Positions 1 to 5,453 of a stretch of 5,453 nt of DNA are shown in pieces; the first letter of the stretch is position 1; each line of letters opens with the position of its first letter. The DNA is from a virus. Its lineage: Duplodnaviria > Heunggongvirae > Uroviricota > Caudoviricetes. Under the pieces are notes generated by a model. The model did no database searches and was not told the origin of the DNA. It was given only the letters and a program-made list of their open reading frames with translations. The stretch lies in the IMG/VR virus record IMGVR_UViG_3300029796_000320; one strand, given 5' to 3'. The position numbers were made by a program, and so were the translations under genes.

Positions 1-351
1 ATGGAAGATAAATTGAAGATCAACATGAAGCGCCAGTGGCCTGAACCAAAAGATGGTGAGCCTCGCTTGCACATTAAAGAACCCGACAACTCTCCGCTAA
101 CTCCGGATGGTTGGGTTATAGTGCCGAAGAAACTAACCGCTGAGAACGGCGCTAAGGGTGTGCTATCCGGTGAATTTTCAGAAACTACGTTTATAAGCTG
201 CCCGGAATGCTTTGGTGATGATGATTGCGAAACTTGTGACTGCAGCGGGAGAATCGAAATCAAGGTTACAGTCAGTTGGACAACTATCAAAACTATTTGG
301 GCTAAAGGGTGTGAGCACTTTTCAATAGTAGCACCGCAGCAAGATGGGTGA
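1..351 (+). CDS. Hypothetical phage accessory protein with a Cys4 zinc-knuckle-like motif (CxxC-x5-CxxC); start uncertain and possibly 5'-truncated by the window edge
   Basis: Open frame runs from window position 1 to a TGA at 349-351, in the same orientation as xis/int (the early-leftward transcription direction). Motif C-P-E-C-F-G-D-D-D-C-E-T-C-D-C is encoded at nt 199-243. No family recognised from memory. Confidence 0.5.
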   Translation: MEDKLKINMKRQWPEPKDGEPRLHIKEPDNSPLTPDGWVIVPKKLTAENGAKGVLSGEFSETTFISCPECFGDDDCETCDCSGRIEIKVTVSWTTIKTIWAKGCEHFSIVAPQQDG

Positions 352-477
352 TGAAAACAAGTATTTATAACTTAAAAGCATTAAAAAATCGCTTATAGAT
401 CAAAAGAAATCTACGTCAAATATCACTATATTTCAATGTGTTATAATTACCCCGTCCATAAAATGGGGAGACACAAA

Positions 478-720
478 ATGTTCAAACGCTGCATCACCAA
501 GTGTGGAAGCACACCTGACATTCAAGCTTTTATTAATGAAGATGGTAAGCTTGTTGTTGAGAGGAGTGGTCCTTTTATTAGCAAACAACTTATCATTACC
601 TCTCCAGCGGAGATGGCAGGGGAATGGATAGTTTCTGAACCAGAGGAGTGGCACATCCCGCTTCCTTATGGCCCTCAGGGACTGATTTATAACCGTTATG
701 TTCAGAAGGAGGCGGGTTGA
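478..720 (+). CDS. Hypothetical small phage protein, 80 aa from the ATG at 478 (an in-frame ATG at 436 would give 94 aa)
   Basis: GGAG at 467-470 sits 7 nt upstream of the ATG at 478; the upstream ATG at 436 has no Shine-Dalgarno and would overlap a TATAAT-like hexamer at 443-448. Same strand as xis/int. No recognisable motif. Confidence 0.45.
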   Translation: MFKRCITKCGSTPDIQAFINEDGKLVVERSGPFISKQLIITSPAEMAGEWIVSEPEEWHIPLPYGPQGLIYNRYVQKEAG

Positions 721-999
721 CAATGTCAGGCATAACATCGCCGAGAAATCGAAAGAAAAACAGAACAAGGTAAACGTTGACCTTGCAGCATCAGGCATGG
801 AGTACAGAGAGCGCCTTAACATACCTGTTATCACTGAGCAGGTAGCATGAGAGCAACCTGAGCACTCACGCGAGTATTTCATGGAGCGCATCAGATACTA
901 TCGCGAGCAGTCGTTAAACATGCCCAAGGGAAGCAACCCATGGTATATCGAGATGGATGAACAGAACGCCAAGAAGTAAACGCAATTTGAACGAATGCG

Positions 1000-1025
1000 A
1001 ACCCGCCGAGTGCGGGTTTTCTTTT
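1000..1025 (+). terminator. Candidate rho-independent terminator
   Basis: Perfect 7-bp stem aacccgc (1000-1006) / gcgggtt (1012-1018) with loop cgagt, followed by ttttctttt. Confidence 0.55.
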
Positions 1026-1030
1026 ACCTG

Positions 1031-1055
1031 AACTCGCTACGGCGAGTTTTGTTTT
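1031..1055 (+). terminator. Second terminator-like hairpin, or a 5'-UTR structure of the downstream ORF
   Basis: Perfect 7-bp stem aactcgc (1031-1037) / gcgagtt (1042-1048) with loop tacg, followed by ttttgtttt. It ends only 3 nt before the GGAG of the next ORF. Confidence 0.4.
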
Positions 1056-1068
1056 ATGGAGACAAGAA

Positions 1069-1413
1069 ATGTCAGATTTGGCTATGAAGGTTTTGAAATG
1101 GCAATCGACTGGCGATGTTGGCATCAGTAGCGCAACTCTTGCCTCAATCGCATGTGGACTGAAAAAGAATATCTATGGTCATAGCTTCGGTGCTCCACAT
1201 GACGCAGCCGATTTCAGACGATGCGTTGCACTTGTTGAGCAGATTCCAGAAATCAGAGATTCATTCAACAAGGTTGCAAAGCGCGTTCCGGCATTCAAAG
1301 GAATCCTCAACGAATGGGATTCCCTCGTTGCTCTGTTGAAGTCTGAAATGAAGATACACGGAAACAAAGCACCAGAGACTTACAGAAGAATCAGCGAGCT
1401 ACGCAAGGACTAA
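1069..1413 (+). CDS. Hypothetical 114-aa phage accessory (moron-like) protein of unknown function
   Basis: ATG at 1069 preceded by GGAG at 1058-1061 (7-nt spacing); clean 345-nt ORF on the xis/int strand. Sits between two terminator hairpins and the pI/xis region. Lambda coordinates as I recall them (orf55 and ea8.5 upstream of xis) do not map onto any ORF here, so the region looks mosaic relative to lambda. Confidence 0.6.
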   Translation: MSDLAMKVLKWQSTGDVGISSATLASIACGLKKNIYGHSFGAPHDAADFRRCVALVEQIPEIRDSFNKVAKRVPAFKGILNEWDSLVALLKSEMKIHGNKAPETYRRISELRKD

Positions 1414-1504
1414 CCATGAAATAACACCGCCTCACACTCGATGAGGCCTGTTCATTGCTCAATGATATCCAGACCTACCATCGCCGCATCAATGCGGCTT
1501 TTTC

Positions 1505-1518
1505 TTGCGTGTAATTGC
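1505..1518 (+). promoter_or_regulatory. cII-binding box (TTGC-N6-TTGC) of the Int promoter pI
   Basis: TTGC at 1505-1508 and 1515-1518 separated by 6 nt, immediately upstream of the xis ATG at 1531. In lambda the cII-activated pI promoter overlaps the start of xis, so its transcript encodes Int but not intact Xis. Confidence 0.6.
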
Positions 1519-1530
1519 GGAGACTTTGCG

Positions 1531-1749
1531 ATGTACTTAACACTTCAGGAGTGGAACGCTCGCCAGCGACGCCCAAGAAGCCTTGAAACAGTTCGTCGAT
1601 GGGTGCGCGAATGCAGGATATTCCCTCCTCCTGTTAAGGATGGAAGAGAGTATCTGTTCCACGAATCAGCGGTAAAGGTTGACTTAAATCGACCAGTAAC
1701 AGGTAGCCTTTTGAAGAGGATCAGAAATGGGAAGAAGGCGAAGTCATGA
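1531..1749 (+). CDS. xis: Excisionase Xis (72 aa)
   Basis: Translation MYLTLQEWNARQRRPRSLETVRRWVRECRIFPPPVKDGREYLFHESAVKVDLNRPVTGSLLKRIRNGKKAKS matches lambda Xis as I recall it. GGAG at 1519-1522 is 8 nt before the ATG. The 3' end overlaps the int start by 23 nt, as in lambda. The track ORF starting at 1441 is an in-frame upstream extension, not the real start. Confidence 0.93.
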   Translation: MYLTLQEWNARQRRPRSLETVRRWVRECRIFPPPVKDGREYLFHESAVKVDLNRPVTGSLLKRIRNGKKAKS

Positions 1750-2797
1750 GCGCCGGGATTTACCCCCTAATCTTTATATAAGAAACAATGGATATTACTG
1801 CTACAGGGACCCAAGGACGGGTAAAGAGTTTGGATTAGGCCGAGACAGGAGGATAGCAATCACTGAAGCAATACAGGCCAACATTGAGTTATTTTCAGGA
1901 CACAAACACAAGCCTCTGACAGCGAGAATCAACAGTGATAATTCTGTTACGTTACATTCATGGCTTGATCGCTACGAAAAAATCCTCGCCAGCAGAGGAA
2001 TCAAGCAGAAGACTCTCATAAATTACATGAGCAAAATTAAAGCAATAAGGAGGGGTCTGCCTGATGCTCCACTTGAAGACATCACCACAAAAGAAATTGC
2101 GGCAATGCTCAGTGGATACATAGACGAGGGCAAGGCGGCGTCAGCCAAGTTAATCAGATCAACACTGAGCGATGCATTCCGAGAGGCAATAGCTGAAGGC
2201 CATATAACAACAAACCCGGTCGCTGCCACTCGCGCAGCAAAATCAGAGGTAAGGAGATCAAGACTTACGGCTGACGAATACCTGAAAATTTATCAAGCAG
2301 CAGAATCATCACCATGTTGGCTAAGACTTGCAATGGAGCTGGCTGTTGTTACCGGGCAGCGAGTTGGTGATTTATGCGAAATGAAGTGGTCTGATATCGT
2401 AGATGGATATCTTTATGTCGAGCAAAGCAAAACAGGCGTAAAAATTGCCATCCCTACAACATTGCATGTTGATGCTCTCGGGATATCAATGAAGGAAACA
2501 CTTGATAAATGCAAAGAGATTCTTGGCGGAGAAACCATAATTGCATCTACTCGTCGTGAACCGCTTTCATCCGGCACAGTATCAAGGTATTTTATGCGCG
2601 CACGAAAAGCATCAGGTCTTTCCTTCGAAGGGGATCCGCCTACCTTTCACGAGTTGCGCAGTTTGTCTGCAAGACTCTATGAGAAGCAGATAAGCGATAA
2701 GTTTGCTCAACATCTTCTCGGGCATAAGTCGGACACCATGGCATCACAGTATCGTGATGACAGAGGCAGGGAGTGGGACAAAATTGAAATCAAATAA
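1727..2797 (+). CDS. int: Tyrosine site-specific integrase Int, lambda type (356 aa)
   Basis: 356 aa beginning MGRRRSHERRDLPPNLYIRNNGYYCYRDPRTGKEFGLGRDRR, near-identical to lambda Int from memory. The tyrosine-recombinase catalytic context is present (HELRSLSARLY, LLGHKSDTMASQYRDD with the C-terminal nucleophilic Tyr). The stop codon (2795-2797) lies inside the P' arm, as in lambda. Confidence 0.97.
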   Translation: MGRRRSHERRDLPPNLYIRNNGYYCYRDPRTGKEFGLGRDRRIAITEAIQANIELFSGHKHKPLTARINSDNSVTLHSWLDRYEKILASRGIKQKTLINYMSKIKAIRRGLPDAPLEDITTKEIAAMLSGYIDEGKAASAKLIRSTLSDAFREAIAEGHITTNPVAATRAAKSEVRRSRLTADEYLKIYQAAESSPCWLRLAMELAVVTGQRVGDLCEMKWSDIVDGYLYVEQSKTGVKIAIPTTLHVDALGISMKETLDKCKEILGGETIIASTRREPLSSGTVSRYFMRARKASGLSFEGDPPTFHELRSLSARLYEKQISDKFAQHLLGHKSDTMASQYRDDRGREWDKIEIK

Positions 2798-2890
2798 TGA
2801 TTTTATTTTGACTGATAGTGACCTGTTCGTTGCAACAAATTGATAAGCAATGCTTTTTTATAAGGCCTACTTAGTATAAAAAAGCAGGCT
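2794..2890. other. attL (B-O-P') recombination site: P' arm with Int arm-type sites and IHF H' site, 15-bp core, and start of the bacterial B arm
   Basis: Core ttagtataaaaaagc at 2871-2885 is the reverse complement of GCTTTTTTATACTAA. Arm-type sites, read as reverse complements: P'3 2794-2803 (AAATCATTAT), P'2 2805-2814 (CAGTCAAAAT), P'1 2815-2825 (CAGGTCACTAT). An IHF-like element caacaaattgata at 2833-2845 is the reverse complement of TATCAATTTGTTG. Bacterial flank aggcttca follows the core. Confidence 0.85.
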
Positions 2891-2931
2891 TCAACGGATT
2901 CATTTTTCTATTTCATAGCCCGGAGCAACCT

Positions 2932-4215
2932 GTGAACACATTTTCAGTTTCCCGTCTGGCGCTGGCATTGGCTTTTGGCGTGACGCTGACCGCCTGTAGC
3001 TCAACACCGCCCGATCAACGTCCTTCTGATCAAACCGCGCCTGGTACCTCTTCTCGCCCGATTCTGTCGGCAAAAGAAGCGCAGAATTTCGATGCTCAAC
3101 ACTATTTTGCATCCCTGACACCAGGTGCGGCAGCGTGGAATCCTTCCCCGATTACCCTGCCTGCGCAACCTGACTTTGTTGTCGGCCCGGCGGGTACTCA
3201 AGGTGTAACGCATACCACGATTCAGGCGGCGGTAGATGCGGCAATTATCAAGCGTACCAACAAGCGCCAGTATATTGCCGTGATGCCTGGTGAGTATCAG
3301 GGAACGGTGTATGTCCCTGCCGCTCCGGGTGGAATTACTCTGTACGGTACAGGTGAAAAACCGATTGATGTGAAGATTGGGCTTTCCCTTGATGGTGGCA
3401 TGAGCCCTGCCGACTGGCGTCACGACGTCAACCCGCGCGGCAAATATATGCCAGGTAAACCGGCGTGGTATATGTACGATAGCTGCCAGAGTAAACGCAG
3501 CGACAGTATCGGTGTTCTCTGCTCTGCGGTCTTCTGGTCACAAAACAATGGCCTGCAACTGCAAAACCTGACCATCGAAAACACGCTGGGCGATAGCGTA
3601 GATGCGGGTAACCATCCGGCGGTGGCACTACGTACTGATGGCGACAAAGTGCAGATCAATAACGTCAACATTCTCGGTCGTCAGAACACCTTCTTTGTCA
3701 CCAACAGCGGTGTGCAGAACCGTCTGGAAACGAATCGTCAGCCGCGTACGCTGGTGACCAACAGCTATATTGAAGGGGATGTGGACATCGTTTCTGGTCG
3801 CGGCGCAGTGGTGTTCGATAACACCGAATTCCGCGTGGTGAACTCCCGTACCCAGCAAGAAGCGTATGTGTTTGCACCGGCTACGCTGTCCAACATTTAC
3901 TACGGTTTCCTCGCCGTAAACAGCCGTTTCAATGCTTCCGGTGATGGTGTGGCGCAACTGGGCCGCTCGCTGGATGTTGATGCTAATACCAACGGTCAGG
4001 TGGTGATCCGTGATAGCGCCATCAACGAAGGTTTTAACACGGCGAAACCGTGGGCCGATGCGGTGATCTCAAATCGTCCGTTTGCGGGTAACACCGGCAG
4101 CGTTGATGATAAAGACGAAATACAGCGCAATCTGAATGACACAAACTACAACCGCATGTGGGAATACAATAACCGCGGCGTGGGTAGCAAAGTGGTTGCA
4201 GAGGCGAAGAAGTAA
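2932..4215 (+). CDS. ybhC: YbhC, outer-membrane lipoprotein of the pectinesterase-like / acyl-CoA thioesterase family (427 aa)
   Basis: GTG start at 2932 with GGAG at 2922-2925. N-terminal lipoprotein signal MNTFSVSRLALALAFGVTLTAC with lipobox LTAC. Full-length match to E. coli YbhC from memory. Its position next to attλ agrees with the K-12 gene order ybhJ-ybhC-attλ-ybhB-bioA. Confidence 0.93.
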   Translation: MNTFSVSRLALALAFGVTLTACSSTPPDQRPSDQTAPGTSSRPILSAKEAQNFDAQHYFASLTPGAAAWNPSPITLPAQPDFVVGPAGTQGVTHTTIQAAVDAAIIKRTNKRQYIAVMPGEYQGTVYVPAAPGGITLYGTGEKPIDVKIGLSLDGGMSPADWRHDVNPRGKYMPGKPAWYMYDSCQSKRSDSIGVLCSAVFWSQNNGLQLQNLTIENTLGDSVDAGNHPAVALRTDGDKVQINNVNILGRQNTFFVTNSGVQNRLETNRQPRTLVTNSYIEGDVDIVSGRGAVVFDNTEFRVVNSRTQQEAYVFAPATLSNIYYGFLAVNSRFNASGDGVAQLGRSLDVDANTNGQVVIRDSAINEGFNTAKPWADAVISNRPFAGNTGSVDDKDEIQRNLNDTNYNRMWEYNNRGVGSKVVAEAKK

Positions 4216-4248
4216 AAAAGAAAACCCGATAGTCTGAACCATCGGGTT
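4214..4248 (-). terminator. Rho-independent terminator of the convergent aconitase-family gene
   Basis: Stem aacccgat (4223-4230) / atcgggtt (4241-4248) with a 10-nt loop. On the minus strand the hairpin is followed by ttttctttttt (complement of the A-rich run at 4214-4224). Confidence 0.55.
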
Positions 4249-4258
4249 AATGAAACAG

Positions 4259-4286
4259 GGCGCTATATTTCATAGCGCCTTTTTTT
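4259..4286 (+). terminator. Rho-independent terminator of ybhC
   Basis: Stem ggcgctat (4259-4266) / atagcgcc (4272-4279) with loop atttc, followed by a T7 run at 4280-4286. Confidence 0.6.
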
Positions 4287-5453
4287 ACATCTGACGGTTT
4301 TTATTGAAGTTAATCAAACTACCCGCCTTGATAATCTCGCGTTCTTCGGCAGTCAGACTTTCCATATACAGCGTGATTTCCGTTACCGGTGCATCTTCAT
4401 GGATCACATAACCTTTAAACGTCGTTCCAGGATTATCCAGCGCCGCTTTAATGCCAGGGATATAAATGTAATCACCTACGTCAAAGTTCGGTACTTCCGC
4501 CATCTGCAGCGGTAACATCCCCCAGTTGATGACGTTAGAACGATAGCGTTTAGTCGCGTACTCCTCGGCAATATTCGCCAGACCGCCAATCACACGCTGA
4601 CAACTCGCCGCCTGTTCACGCGCAGAACCATCGCCTGGTTTCACCGCATAAACCATGCTGCCAATTTCAGTTTGCAGCGGATCAACATGTTCCTGACCAG
4701 CAATCTGCTTAATGCGCGCAAACACATCTGCCATCTCGCTGACATTCCCCGCCAGACGCTGATTTTCCAGCTCAGCAGTCGCTTTACTTCTGCCAACATA
4801 ACCTGGATCGCGGCGTGACAGGGTAAACTCCGCCAGACCAATCGGATTTGAACGATAAGAAGAGGTTTCACCGGAAGGAATCAGTTCGTCGGTGGTGGTC
4901 ACTTCGTCGAGGATCTTCGAGCACACTTTGAGGACGATATTGTCAGTCAGCGCACCCAATTCTGGCCAGTCTTTAATGTTCGGTCCGTAAATCAGCGGTT
5001 GCTGGGTCGCCCCTTTCACAAAGCCCTGATAAACACGGTTTTTATACGGCGTTACATCGAAGGCGTACTCCGGCACGTTGTCCCAGCAATCGAGTTCGCT
5101 GGCAGAGGTTAAATAGCCACCGTTTGCCGCAGTCGCAGCGATAGAACGAGCGTCCATCAACGCCACCGCTGACATCTGCCCATTAGCTGGCTTAGAGCCT
5201 TCGCGGTTCGGGAAGTTACGCGTGGTGTGGCGAATACTCAAACCGTTGTTGATTGGCGTATCGCCCGCGCCAAAGCATGGGCCGCAGAACGCGGTTCTGA
5301 TGATTGCGCCTGCGCCAATCAAATCTGCTACCACACCTTTTTTGGCGAGATCCATAAACACCGGCTGTGATGACGGGTAAACCGCTAACGAGAAGGTGTC
5401 ATTGCCGCAGGATTGACCGCGCAGCGCATTCGCCGCCGCGATGACGTTTTCAT
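4285..5453 (-). CDS. ybhJ: Aconitase-family hydratase, 3' portion; the N-terminus lies beyond the window end
   Basis: Minus-strand frame is open from the stop at 4285-4287 to the window edge. I translated 5362-5451 by hand and found no stop (reads ...[38 protein letters not shown]...). It contains an aconitase-like CGPCFG motif and an SRRD swivel-domain-like motif. Convergent with ybhC as in K-12. The GTG at 5361 reported by the ORF track is not the real start. Confidence 0.75.
   Translation of the reverse strand, partial: ENVIAAANALRGQSCGNDTFSLAVYPSSQPVFMDLAKKGVVADLIGAGAIIRTAFCGPCFGAGDTPINNGLSIRHTTRNFPNREGSKPANGQMSAVALMDARSIAATAANGGYLTSASELDCWDNVPEYAFDVTPYKNRVYQGFVKGATQQPLIYGPNIKDWPELGALTDNIVLKVCSKILDEVTTTDELIPSGETSSYRSNPIGLAEFTLSRRDPGYVGRSKATAELENQRLAGNVSEMADVFARIKQIAGQEHVDPLQTEIGSMVYAVKPGDGSAREQAASCQRVIGGLANIAEEYATKRYRSNVINWGMLPLQMAEVPNFDVGDYIYIPGIKAALDNPGTTFKGYVIHEDAPVTEITLYMESLTAEEREIIKAGSLINFNKNRQM

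Larger units (their letters stand above)
1..2885. mobile_element. Left end of a lambda-like (lambdoid) prophage integrated at attλ; the window begins inside the prophage, so its true left extent is unknown
   Basis: Contains xis and int matching recalled phage lambda proteins, the lambda P' arm with its Int arm-type sites, and the 15-bp att core at 2871-2885, directly abutting the host gene ybhC. Phage-side sequence, especially 350-480, looks visibly more AT-rich than the host side. Confidence 0.88.

Noticed and set aside
717-722. Perfect TTGACA -35 hexamer overlapping the stop codon of the 478-720 ORF
   Set aside because: No acceptable -10 hexamer 16-18 bp downstream, so on its own it is not evidence of a promoter.
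433-891. 152-aa minus-strand ORF overlapping the 478-720 ORF and the region downstream of it
   Set aside because: The translation is low-complexity and Arg/Cys/Ser/Leu-rich, has no ribosome-binding site, and runs antisense to well-supported + strand features in a region where lambdoid early-left transcription is unidirectional. Most likely a chance open frame.
891-1124. 77-aa minus-strand ORF spanning the terminator hairpins and the start of the 114-aa ORF
   Set aside because: It overlaps two palindromic hairpins and the RBS and start of a better-supported + strand gene. The composition is not protein-like.
1179-1367. 62-aa minus-strand ORF inside the 114-aa ORF
   Set aside because: Entirely antisense within a better-supported CDS, with no RBS.
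1441-1530. Upstream in-frame extension of xis (track ORF 1441-1749, 102 aa)
   Set aside because: Lambda Xis is 72 aa and starts at MYLTLQEW (ATG 1531), which has a GGAG 8 nt upstream. The extension would run through the pI cII box and has no RBS.
2023-2229. 68-aa minus-strand ORF inside int
   Set aside because: Antisense within a near-certain integrase CDS; chance ORF.
2851-2885. 11-bp inverted repeat gcttttttata / tataaaaaagc that could be mistaken for terminal inverted repeats of an IS or MITE
   Set aside because: This is the known partial inverted copy of the core within the lambda P' arm, part of normal att architecture. No transposase or target-site duplication is present.
2900-3957. 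Several minus-strand ORFs (2900-3121, 3001-3423, 3420-3671, 3428-3628, 3628-3957) inside ybhC
   Set aside because: All are antisense to the full-length, well-recognised ybhC CDS. The Arg-rich translations are typical of antisense frames in GC-rich coding DNA.
4641-4871. 76-aa minus-strand ORF in a different frame within the aconitase-family gene
   Set aside because: Overlaps a longer, motif-bearing frame on the same strand; an alternative-frame artefact.
1-5453. Looked for CRISPR repeats, tRNA or tmRNA genes at the integration site, and rRNA
   Set aside because: No regularly spaced direct repeats and no tRNA-like sequence by eye. Lambda-type attB is intergenic (ybhC-ybhB), not a tRNA gene, which fits the absence of a tRNA here.

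Overview
The window spans the left (int-proximal) junction of a lambda-like prophage integrated at the E. coli attλ site, followed by host genes. Positions 1 to about 2885 are phage DNA: three small accessory ORFs of unknown function (1-351, 478-720, 1069-1413), a ~350 bp stretch with no convincing gene that ends in two intrinsic-terminator hairpins, then a textbook lambda xis-int module (xis 1531-1749, int 1727-2797) with the cII box of promoter pI in front of xis. The int stop codon lies inside the P' arm of attL (about 2794-2890; 15-bp core at 2871-2885). Host DNA follows: ybhC (2932-4215, + strand), a pair of interleaved convergent terminators, and the 3' part of an aconitase-family gene (4285 to window end, - strand; recalled as ybhJ). 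No tRNA, rRNA, CRISPR array or transposase was seen. The most likely place for something undescribed is the accessory region left of xis, especially the 114-aa ORF at 1069-1413 and its neighbours; I cannot assign any of them a function from sequence alone. All homology statements rest on recalled protein and att sequences, not on a search.
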